Positions 1 to 8,709 of a DNA stretch of 64,000 nt are shown here, one piece after another. The notes beneath the pieces were generated by a model. The model made no database searches, was not told the DNA's origin, and saw only the letters and a list, made by a program, of their open reading frames with translations. A program made the translations under genes and the position numbers. The first letter of the stretch is position 1. Every line of letters begins with the position of its first letter. The stretch comes from a virus: the IMG/VR virus record IMGVR_UViG_3300025413_001414, positions 1 to 64,000 of that record, one strand, 5' to 3'.

Positions 1-144
1 TAAAAACATATTAAAACAAGGTTTAAAAATATTGTCTGGTTCAAGGATTGAGTCGGACATTAAACAAAAACAGGTGGAGGCGTTGTCGTTAGATAAGTCT
101 ATGAAACCTGAAACACATTAGTCTTTGGCTAATGTGTAGTTCAT
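1..144 (+). mobile_element. IS200/IS605 element right end / omegaRNA scaffold
   Basis: GAAACACATTAGTCTTTGGCTAATGTGTAGTTCAT (110-144): subterminal hairpin plus TCAT end, same architecture as 2570-2602. Confidence 0.8.
2..121 (+). CDS. tnpB: 3' end of IS200/IS605-family TnpB (runs in from before the window)
   Basis: Frame 2 reads KNILKQGLKILSGSRIESDIKQKQVEALSLDKSMKPETH*, resembling a TnpB tail after the RuvC-III/NAAxNI motif; it overlaps an IS605-type right-end hairpin. Confidence 0.75.
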   Translation, partial: KNILKQGLKILSGSRIESDIKQKQVEALSLDKSMKPETH

Positions 145-338
145 TGGAAAGTAAAAAGGCAAAACAAATGGAGAAAGCCAAAAAGGAACAAGAAGAGAAA
201 GATGACCTTTATAAAAAAATGTTAGGCCAAATTTCAGGTAAATATGATCAGCAAGATAAATATGGTCAGCAAGATTATATTGACTATACAAATGGTATAA
301 GAGGTAAATGGACTCTATCAGATAATAATATAAAGTAA
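145..338 (+). pseudogene. 3' remainder of the gene interrupted by the IS element
   Basis: Open frame ESKKAKQMEKAKKEQEEKDD... begins at the IS right end; the track's start codon lies inside the IS hairpin. Confidence 0.5.
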
Positions 339-341
339 AAT

Positions 342-1066
342 TTATTTCTTTGGTTGCCTTCCATCATATCTTTTTCCATTTTCAAATCTAGATGATTTTC
401 TTATTCCATTATCATGAAGAATACGACTAACTATCATAATAGTTAGTTCTTCTTCCTCTGATATATCTTTAATTGTTTTATTATTTTTAAATTTATTTAT
501 AACAGAATTTATCTTTTCATCACTAAGTGATATTGAATTAGTTAATTTACATCTGCCCCTATCAATTTCAATTCCAGATGATTTTAAAAATCTTGTTATT
601 CTATTTTTAGATATATTATATTTTCTACATATTGCTTTAATTGAAAATTTGTTATCTAAATAATCCTTTTTATATTATCTGCAATCTCATAGTCTATCAA
701 AATATAATTTTTTGGATCAAATCCTTTTGTTGATAACTGCCTTTTTATTATATCATTTTTATTTGGGTTATTTGAGATAGTATCTCCACCATCACCTCCA
801 CTTGATATATTATATCCATTTTTAATGGAATCAAATTTTTTGATATATTGTTTTTCTAACTCATTTAATTTTTCTAAGTTATCGGTCTCCTCTAATATCT
901 CCCATGATATAGAGTCAAATCCATATTTCAATATGGCATATTTCATCTTTGTATTTTTACTTTTATATTTAGAAAAATAGAAATGACTTAATTTTCTGGA
1001 GTCAAAATTAACACTTTTACCTATATAACTTTTTCCATTCGGAAATAATGCCCTATATATTACCAT
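342..1066 (-). pseudogene. GIY-YIG homing endonuclease with C-terminal HTH-like region, frameshifted
   Basis: MVIYRALFPNGKSYIGKS, EKQYI, NGYN motifs; coding continues in another frame after the A-run at ~667-671 (KDYLDNKFSIKAICRKYNIS...QPKK*). Confidence 0.75.
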
Positions 1067-1128
1067 GCTGGTTTATATATTAAAACTTATACATTAAGTA
1101 TAACTATAAATAAAAAATAAATTCTAAA

Positions 1129-2304
1129 ATGGCAGTTAAGTTAATATTAACACAAATAATGAAGAACGAGTCGCATGTTGCTGCTCGAATGCTCAATTCC
1201 ATCAAATCAATAATTGATGGGGTAGTAGTTATTGATACTGGATCAACAGATGATTCCATAAAAATTGTTGAAAATTGGGGCAAAGAAAATGATATAGAAA
1301 CATATGTTGTTGAAAGAGCTTTTGATAATTTTGAAAATTCTAGAAATGCATCCTTTGATAAGGCCCGTGAAGTTTTTTTATCCAAAAACGATGGTAATGT
1401 ATATTACAATTTTTGGCTTGATTTTGATGAACAACTAATTGTTTACCCAACATTTGATAAGCAAAAGCTAGATAAAGACTTATATATGTTCAACACCAGT
1501 ATTGGAGCTATGAAATATACAAGAAATGAACTATGTAGATTAGATAAAGATTTTAAATTTTATGGGCCAGTTCACGAGTTCATTATTTATACTGGACAAG
1601 ACCAAATCACTTCTGGTTTAGCAGTAGGATTAGATGTTGATGTCAGAATGGATGGTGGATCTTGGAAAGCTGATGTTTCGGAAAAATATAAAAATCATGC
1701 TAATATCTTAGAGGATTATATCACTAAGAATAACGACCCAAGATGGGTATTCTATACAGCTCAATCCTGGCATGATGCAGCATCTATTCAAAATAATAGA
1801 GAAGAAAATGAAGAGAGATGGAGAAGGTCTATTAAATATTATCGTCAAAGAGTAGCCAGAAATGATGGATATGAAGAAGAAAGATATTACTCTCAACTAA
1901 GAATAGGATCGATTATGAGAATGATGGAATCTCCTTGGGAAGAAACACATCAAGAATTACTTAAAGCATACTCTCTTGATCCGTTAAGAGGTGAATCAAT
2001 CAAACTTATTGCTGATCACTATTTAATGATGGGTGAATTTAACTTAGCTTACCTTTATACAAAATTTTGTAAAGTTAATTTTCATGGTAAAAACCCATAT
2101 CCAAACAGATTACTTTTCATCGATGAGTCCTTTTACGTATGGAGAATTTTAGAAGTTCATGCCGCAGCTTGTTACTATACAGGAAGAGTTGAAGAAGCTA
2201 AAGCTAATTATAATGAATTGATTGATGTTCTGAAAAAGAATCCTAAAATGTTCTCTCCAGAAGATATTCAAAAAATTAATGCGAATGCACAATTTTTTAA
2301 GTAA
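1129..2304 (+). CDS. GT2-like glycosyltransferase with TPR-like C-terminus
   Basis: IMKNE, IDTGSTD, F..SRN, WLDFDE (DxD), GPVHE, helical C-terminal repeats. Confidence 0.85.
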   Translation: MAVKLILTQIMKNESHVAARMLNSIKSIIDGVVVIDTGSTDDSIKIVENWGKENDIETYVVERAFDNFENSRNASFDKAREVFLSKNDGNVYYNFWLDFDEQLIVYPTFDKQKLDKDLYMFNTSIGAMKYTRNELCRLDKDFKFYGPVHEFIIYTGQDQITSGLAVGLDVDVRMDGGSWKADVSEKYKNHANILEDYITKNNDPRWVFYTAQSWHDAASIQNNREENEERWRRSIKYYRQRVARNDGYEEERYYSQLRIGSIMRMMESPWEETHQELLKAYSLDPLRGESIKLIADHYLMMGEFNLAYLYTKFCKVNFHGKNPYPNRLLFIDESFYVWRILEVHAAACYYTGRVEEAKANYNELIDVLKKNPKMFSPEDIQKINANAQFFK

Positions 2305-2312
2305 TGATTTAT

Positions 2313-2602
2313 ATTGAAAACCAAAGAAAACACAGAAGTCTTTAGCTTCTGTGATGAATTTGGTAATTATTCACTAAATTTACTTAAAGGAAAGAGTCTA
2401 TATTAAATATATAATATGTTAGGATATTAAAAAATTCTAGCATCGGCAGGGACTGTCGATTACAGGCGTGGAGCAAAAATAAGACCTGATTAGCTAACTA
2501 ATTAAAATTGGCAGTCTAACTGAAGGCAAAAGCAATGAAGCATCTAAAAAGAAGGAGCTTGTCTCCCGAAACTTATCGGTCTTTAGCCGATAAGTAGTTC
2601 AT
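2313..2602 (+). mobile_element. Non-autonomous IS200/IS605 derivative (290 bp) retaining LE, omegaRNA region and RE
   Basis: Preceded by TTTAT; LE hairpin ACAGAAG-TCTTTAG-CTTCTGT; tnpB-tail relic (SAGTVDYRRGAKIRP); RE hairpin ACTTATCGG-TCTTTAG-CCGATAAGT then AGTTCAT; second copy at 10764. Confidence 0.85.
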
Positions 2603-2674
2603 TATGAGGAGGAATATAAATCTTATTTAGAATCAGTAAAAAGGCAAAATAAAATTGAGGGTATTATAAATAAA

Positions 2675-2709
2675 GAAAACCACCCGGTCTAAGAGGTGGT
2701 TTTTCTTTT
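2675..2709. terminator. Bidirectional intrinsic terminator
   Basis: AAAACCACC...GGTGGTTTTT hairpin between convergent frames. Confidence 0.65.
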
Positions 2710-2730
2710 GTTATCCTGAGGTAGCAGGCG

Positions 2731-3378
2731 TTATTTTGAAAGTAATTTAATTAAATCTTCTGTTATTCTTGTAATAATCTTTTTACCATCTACAGATATC
2801 ATAGGAATATTGGTTATACAACTATATTTATCATTGCCATCTACTTTAATACGTTCAATCATTTTGCAAATATTTGGGTTATTTGAGTAAATTTTATTAT
2901 AATAAGTTTTTAATTCATTGACAAATTTAGATAAATCTACACCTTTTTTATAGTTATATTTAACCATCTGAAGCTCATTATCTTGACGTTCAACCATTAT
3001 GTACCAAATTGAATTTTTAGAAATTTTTACATTTTCTAAAAAGTTAAAACCTTTAGAAGCTTTAGTTCCTTTTGGTAATTTTGCAACTTTACCATAAAGT
3101 CTAACTTTGTTTTCGTTTTTATTAACTTCAGGCTCTTCTAAACCAGAATTATCTTCCTTATCAAAATCTTGTTGATCTGGTAGGGGTTTCATATATCTAG
3201 TACTAGCATTTTTTGGCTTCTTAGTTGAAGTAATAGGCAAATTTGGATTTCCAGGAATATCCTTATCTTCCATAGGTAGAATCTCTTCAGAAGGTTCTTC
3301 CTTAGGTTTGTTATTAATATCTGAAAACTTTTTAAACGAACTTTTCGTGTTTCCAGTTTCTTCATTCTTCCTAATCAT
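2731..3378 (-). CDS. Hypothetical phage protein
   Basis: 215-aa ORF with upstream TAATATATA motif; FKKFSDI near the N-terminus. Confidence 0.7.
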   Translation of the reverse strand: MIRKNEETGNTKSSFKKFSDINNKPKEEPSEEILPMEDKDIPGNPNLPITSTKKPKNASTRYMKPLPDQQDFDKEDNSGLEEPEVNKNENKVRLYGKVAKLPKGTKASKGFNFLENVKISKNSIWYIMVERQDNELQMVKYNYKKGVDLSKFVNELKTYYNKIYSNNPNICKMIERIKVDGNDKYSCITNIPMISVDGKKIITRITEDLIKLLSK

Positions 3379-3492
3379 AGATGGTTATTTAGATTTGTTT
3401 AATATATATATTAAAAATTATAATTGTTTTTTTAATTTCTATTATATATAAATTTTAAATTCCCGGCATTGTATATTCTTAAAATTTTACGG

Positions 3493-3600
3493 TTAGCGAA
3501 CAAGCACGAAAAGAAGCCAGTCGTTACAGTATCCAAGACTTCTAAAATATTTTATTGTCGGAGCAGATATCTTAATATTTACCTCTTTTGTTATTATCAT
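3493..3600 (-). pseudogene. N-terminal relic of a homing-endonuclease-like gene
   Basis: MIITKEVNIKISAPTIKYFRSLGY resembles the N-termini of the 3894, 47181 and 60275 paralogs; TAATATATA upstream. Confidence 0.55.
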
Positions 3601-3625
3601 TTATACAATTTTTATAGTATATATA

Positions 3626-3880
3626 TTAATTTAAATGTTTGTAATAATATTTGTCTACTATATAATTTTTAAAGTTTTTAATAACATTGTGTTCATCAAA
3701 TAAAATAGCGACTAAAACTTGTAATTGTTGTAAAAATGAATTCATTAAATCATTATTGAAAATATAAGGTGAAAGTGTTTTATTCAATAAATTATTTTCA
3801 TAATCAACATAGTCTTGACCAGAATCATTTCTGTGTTTCATATAGTATAACTCCGGTATTTGTCTTCTTTCGTATAACAT
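3626..3880 (-). CDS. Hypothetical protein, possibly baseplate-associated
   Basis: 84-aa ORF co-oriented with the baseplate gene. Confidence 0.55.
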   Translation of the reverse strand: MLYERRQIPELYYMKHRNDSGQDYVDYENNLLNKTLSPYIFNNDLMNSFLQQLQVLVAILFDEHNVIKNFKNYIVDKYYYKHLN

Positions 3881-3893
3881 ATTTAATTAAATA

Positions 3894-5501
3894 TTAACTT
3901 TGGATTTTGTTTTTATATAAAAATAGTTTGTTACCACTATTATATATTTTTAAATATTTTAATTTTTTAAGTATTTCATTTTCAGTTAGATTTGGATCGT
4001 GACCCATTTTAGTTAAATTTTGCTTTCTCATTGAAAATCTATTTTTCCTATCAAAATTTTTAACATAGAAGTATCCAGGTTTTGTGAATTTTTCAAATTC
4101 AAATCCAAGTTTAATATATAATTTACCAGATGAATAATCATTATTAGAATATGATATAATATTATCAAATTTATAACTAGATATGAAATATTTAAATAGC
4201 TTAGAAGCTCCACCAACTATATTATATCCAATTTTATTACAAAATCTTATTAACTCATAATCACTGTCATTACCATTTTTATTTCCAAGTGATAATCTCT
4301 TTTTTCCAAATGTCATTATAGAAACTAATTCGTCTTTATAGAAGAGTCCAATATTTATTTTAGACACACACCAACCTTGAATGTGATTATTATTGATAAA
4401 ATTTTTAACTAATTTAAAATCCTTTACTTCTTTAATAACACACTTTCTAGCAAAAATTTTATTTGGTGTTTTCCCCAGCTTATTCAATATCATTGATCTA
4501 ACTATTTCATTTTTATTCTTCCAATCATCTTCCCATATCTGAAAAAGATCTATTCCTATTTCAGAACATCTTTTAAATTTATCATAGTGGTAATTCTTAT
4601 CTTTCCAATTTGTAGAATGCCAGTAAACACCATTTAATTCAATTGCTAATTTTTTATCATCTATAAAATAATCTAATTCTAGATTATTTAGAACTTTTCT
4701 ATTTTTGATTTCATATTGAATATTACTTTCATTCAATAAAAATGAAATTTCCTTTTCTGGATAAGATGAGTATATTGGAAAACAAATTGTACATATTACT
4801 TTTTTATTCAAAATTCGTTCCCTTAGAATGTTATTATTTATGACAAAACTATTTCCACAAAAATTACAATCACATATATATCCTTTATTATCATATCCAG
4901 TTATTTTCACTATATAAGAATATTTTTCCTTTATCTGATTTAACGAATCAGATAATCTATTTTTTAATATTTTTTCCCTATCTACTAACTCAAATGGATT
5001 CTCAACTCCATATTTCATCATACAGGTGTTTCTTATCCTTTCTTTTATTTCTTTATTCTTTATAGCAGAATCAACTCCATAAATTTCAATCATTGATTTT
5101 TTAATCTTATCTTTTATTAAATCATTTTTTACTGGGTGCCCTCCATATTTTTTTTTATTAGTTTCTATTATTTTTTTCTTGATCAAGTCCAATTCAAATA
5201 TGTTTTTAACACCATATTTATCTATATTATGATTATTTCTCTTGATGATGGAACACTTTTCAGAGCAACAATATATATCAATCATATCATTTGTATTTAT
5301 TAGATAATTTTCCCATTTTATAGACTTTGTATTGCCGCATATGTCACATCTAACATTTATATAAAAATTTCCCTTTTTAAATGGATAATCAATAGGTGAT
5401 ACTTTTATAAAATCTCCTAATTTTATATCAACTTTTTTAGTTCTCAAATATGATATATTTCTAGTAGAAGCTTTTATACATATCTCATTATCAATTATCA
5501 T
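3894..5501 (-). CDS. Hef-like endonuclease: Zn ribbon + 4 KYG repeats + PD-(D/E)XK + Mom/GNAT-like domain
   Basis: CDIC; KYGV repeats; ELDYF..LAIELNGVYWH, IWEDDW; NHIQG, YELIRFC, GGASKL, ISYS. Confidence 0.75.
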   Translation of the reverse strand: MIIDNEICIKASTRNISYLRTKKVDIKLGDFIKVSPIDYPFKKGNFYINVRCDICGNTKSIKWENYLINTNDMIDIYCCSEKCSIIKRNNHNIDKYGVKNIFELDLIKKKIIETNKKKYGGHPVKNDLIKDKIKKSMIEIYGVDSAIKNKEIKERIRNTCMMKYGVENPFELVDREKILKNRLSDSLNQIKEKYSYIVKITGYDNKGYICDCNFCGNSFVINNNILRERILNKKVICTICFPIYSSYPEKEISFLLNESNIQYEIKNRKVLNNLELDYFIDDKKLAIELNGVYWHSTNWKDKNYHYDKFKRCSEIGIDLFQIWEDDWKNKNEIVRSMILNKLGKTPNKIFARKCVIKEVKDFKLVKNFINNNHIQGWCVSKINIGLFYKDELVSIMTFGKKRLSLGNKNGNDSDYELIRFCNKIGYNIVGGASKLFKYFISSYKFDNIISYSNNDYSSGKLYIKLGFEFEKFTKPGYFYVKNFDRKNRFSMRKQNLTKMGHDPNLTENEILKKLKYLKIYNSGNKLFLYKNKIQS

Positions 5502-7225
5502 TATACGTGATTTTTATTTTTTACATCAATCGTTCCAGTTTTAATAATATTAACAGATTTTAATCCATTGCTTTCAATATCATCACTGTAGTATATATTA
5601 TTTCTATCATACCATCCACCTCTTATAATAGGTAAATCACTTGGGTCAAATATAATATCACCTAAGACTGAATCTATGCCAACAATTTTATTAGGATTAT
5701 ATGTAGTTGATGGTCTTGATATATTTAAAGCATCTTTGGCCGCAAATTGATTTCTTCTATTTTGATCATCCAACATCGATTGTCTGTGATGATCCTCGTT
5801 ATTCTTGGATATAAATGATACATCAACAGACGCTATATCTGTAATGTTAGAAAGATTTGCAACTATTTCACTCTTTGGAATTCTATCTATCTTATTTAAA
5901 TTTAAAAAATATTGTGAGATTGTATCTACAATTTGAGCATTTACATTGTCATCAATTGCATCTGACCAAGTCATTATAAATACATTAATACAATAATAAG
6001 ATAAAGCTGGTGATGAAATTTGATATTTAGTAGTTAAAAGTAAATTACCGCCTGTTTTTAAATACAAATCTATCTTAGAGATTTCATATTTATCTAAACT
6101 AAAAGCTCTTATATCAATAGTAAAATAGTTAGCATTTTGGCTTTTAAATAGAACTATATTTGGTGTAGCAACTATGTAAATTACTCCATTTTGTTGATAA
6201 GCATTAACATGAGAAAATACTCCTAATCTTTTTATAGCATATGCATATTGTTGTGGTAGTCCTAATACAAAATTATTACTAGCAATCGGTAATAATGATT
6301 TAGTGAAGCTAATAGGCTCTTTGTCAGCACCAAAGTTAATATCAGTAAAAATAGAGACATCAAATAAATTAGCTATATCAATAGTATTTCCGAATCCATC
6401 AATTGTAGGATCAACAAATATCCAGTCATTTGGTGTTCTTCTAAATATAGATCCAATAGAGCCATCACTAACTAAGTAATTAACTTGAACCTGTGATGCA
6501 ATTGATGGTATGTAACCAAATCCTGAGTTTCCAAAAATAATATCAATTCCACCATTAAATCCTGTTCTAACAACACATGCCGATTCACCAGGACTCATAT
6601 CATACATTGATTTGTAAATAGTCATTAACTGACCATCAACTAGAACTTCATAATTGAAATTTTCTATATCTTGTTGATTTGATCTAATGGTTGCTTGGAA
6701 AGTTTGATTTTCTGTTCCGTCTCCAGTAAAAGATTGTGATGACCAACCACCTTGTATTATAGGTAAGTATATTTGTGTCGAGTTGGTTACTTTATATGTT
6801 TGTTTATCTGTTCCTAAATTTAGGGAGTATTTTAATCCGTTTGTTTTGTTTTTCAGTAATTGTCTATTCGTAAATGTCAATCTTCCACCTGGGATTGTAG
6901 ATTCTATATCTACACTTGTTTTGATGGAAATTAATAATGTGCCAGTAGCACTTATATTTCTAGTCGGAATGTGACCGGTATAAATGGCTGCGTTTTTAAT
7001 AATTCTTTCATTCACAGAAGCAGTATTTGTGATATCAAATTGTTGTATAGAGTTTTTGAGATATAACATCGATAATTGAAAAAGATTTTCAACTACAGAT
7101 AAAATTTGACCATAAGGAGAACTTGTAGAATATAAAAGATTGGCTTTTGAATATTGATCTTTTAAATATTTTTCTATTTCAGCTTTAATATTAGCAAATG
7201 ATATCTCTGTAAAGGTACTTGCCAT
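5501..7225 (-). CDS. Baseplate wedge subunit (T4 gp6-like)
   Basis: N-terminal SFANIKAEIEKYLK; I.FGNSGFG.IP and V.YLVSDG..G motifs of gp6/baseplate J-like proteins. Confidence 0.7.
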   Translation of the reverse strand: MASTFTEISFANIKAEIEKYLKDQYSKANLLYSTSSPYGQILSVVENLFQLSMLYLKNSIQQFDITNTASVNERIIKNAAIYTGHIPTRNISATGTLLISIKTSVDIESTIPGGRLTFTNRQLLKNKTNGLKYSLNLGTDKQTYKVTNSTQIYLPIIQGGWSSQSFTGDGTENQTFQATIRSNQQDIENFNYEVLVDGQLMTIYKSMYDMSPGESACVVRTGFNGGIDIIFGNSGFGYIPSIASQVQVNYLVSDGSIGSIFRRTPNDWIFVDPTIDGFGNTIDIANLFDVSIFTDINFGADKEPISFTKSLLPIASNNFVLGLPQQYAYAIKRLGVFSHVNAYQQNGVIYIVATPNIVLFKSQNANYFTIDIRAFSLDKYEISKIDLYLKTGGNLLLTTKYQISSPALSYYCINVFIMTWSDAIDDNVNAQIVDTISQYFLNLNKIDRIPKSEIVANLSNITDIASVDVSFISKNNEDHHRQSMLDDQNRRNQFAAKDALNISRPSTTYNPNKIVGIDSVLGDIIFDPSDLPIIRGGWYDRNNIYYSDDIESNGLKSVNIIKTGTIDVKNKNHV

Positions 7226-7334
7226 TTAAAAATAATTTTTTCTTAATGTATATATATTAAAAATTGTAACTCGTATTAAAAAAAAACATCTTTCCACATT
7301 TATATATAGTTATGTAAAAAATTAATCCGAACAG

Positions 7335-8054
7335 ATGGGAAACGATGTGATCACATTATTTGAAAAATATGGTATAAAGGGTGGTTTTGCTGTATTTATT
7401 ATTGTAGCTATCTATATTTTCACAAAAGGTGGTTTATTAAATAAATTAGTTATTTCAATCTCAGAAAAATTTGTTGAGTACTTTATGAAAAAGAAAGTTA
7501 AAGTCATGATTTCTGATGTGACTTTATCTGATATTACTAACCACGATATATTCAATTATATTGATTTCTGGATGTATTCTAGAATACCAACTTTTCAATT
7601 TTCAACTGAATATAGAACCGTTGTTTTTAGAAAATATTTAAGTATTTATCTAAAGAAGCACAAAGAAGATTTACAACAATTTATTAACTCAAAAGCTTTT
7701 ATTAGTATGGATGAGTCAGAATTGTGGAAGAATTTTCTTTCATTAGTCAATAACATTGTATATGATTATGAAAGAGAAATGCTAGATGCGGGCATACCTC
7801 AAATCATTATCTCTAAAATGAAGGCTAAAAATAATGATACGATATCTTTAACTATTGATTTAATTGAAGGTATTTGTAATAGTAAGTTTTATAGTTCAGC
7901 TGATAACTTATTAAAAATTTACTCTATTTTAAATATAATGCTTTCTATTTTAGAAAATACTATACAAAATAGTGAGGCGGTTTGTAACTCGATCAATGGA
8001 CAATTGAAGGGTATGACTTTTACGGACGGTTTGAAAAATTATAAAGAACCTTAA
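7335..8054 (+). CDS. Membrane-anchored hypothetical protein
   Basis: One N-terminal hydrophobic helix (GGFAVFIIVAIYIF) then a soluble domain. Confidence 0.65.
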   Translation: MGNDVITLFEKYGIKGGFAVFIIVAIYIFTKGGLLNKLVISISEKFVEYFMKKKVKVMISDVTLSDITNHDIFNYIDFWMYSRIPTFQFSTEYRTVVFRKYLSIYLKKHKEDLQQFINSKAFISMDESELWKNFLSLVNNIVYDYEREMLDAGIPQIIISKMKAKNNDTISLTIDLIEGICNSKFYSSADNLLKIYSILNIMLSILENTIQNSEAVCNSINGQLKGMTFTDGLKNYKEP

Positions 8055-8578
8055 TTCATTAAATCATAAACCATATCTATTTCAAAATCAGGATCAGTAA
8101 TTCTTAAATCATAATCAGAGAAATTTTTAAAATCTTCTCTATCAGATTTTAATCTTCTGTCAATTGAATCATTATTATCATTTCTTCTGGTGATTCTTTC
8201 TCTTCTTATTTTTTCATCAATATCCAAATAAACAACGAAACACCTTTTTCTATCTTCTACACCTAAAGTGGAAATCTCATGAGGAGTCATAATAAATAAG
8301 TGATTTTTTTCAAAATTATTATTACCAACTGCATAAAACCAGTCGAATTCATTAATTAGAAAGTGTTGATAAGTTTTGATTTGATTTGATTCGAGTAATT
8401 TTTTAAACTTATTATTATCAGTGAATTTATATTCAACTCCTTGCTTTTCTAATTTTCTTTTTGGTCTGGTTGTTATTTTCGGTTCATACTTCAAACCCTT
8501 CTTAATTAGGGCTCTTAATAAATGGTCTTTTCCTGAACCACTCGGCCCACAAATTACCAATTTTTCACTTTTATCCAT
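8051..8578 (-). CDS. gmk: Guanylate kinase
   Basis: GPSGSGKD P-loop, TTRPKR..E..GVEYKF; ATG at 8578 preferred over the track start. Confidence 0.85.
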   Translation of the reverse strand: MDKSEKLVICGPSGSGKDHLLRALIKKGLKYEPKITTRPKRKLEKQGVEYKFTDNNKFKKLLESNQIKTYQHFLINEFDWFYAVGNNNFEKNHLFIMTPHEISTLGVEDRKRCFVVYLDIDEKIRRERITRRNDNNDSIDRRLKSDREDFKNFSDYDLRITDPDFEIDMVYDLMN

Positions 8579-8709
8579 ACTATTATAGTATGACTCCACC
8601 AAAAAAGTTTGAAATTTTAAATAAAATATAAACAATCCACTATTTCAGAATGACATTACAATAGTTTTATATATCTAGTCTCAACAATAAAAAAAAATAA
8701 TCAAAAATC

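Noticed and set aside
2310-2345. TnpA C-terminus (YIENQ) reading at the mini-IS left end
   Set aside because: Only a few codons with no HUH motif; better explained as the element's left end following TTTAT.
3518-3528. CAGTCGTTACA also found in the 45.3-kb RNA
   Set aside because: Short match with no supporting structure; plausible by chance.
7335-8054. Holin or lysis cassette
   Set aside because: Only one TM segment seen and no recognisable endolysin or spanin adjacent.
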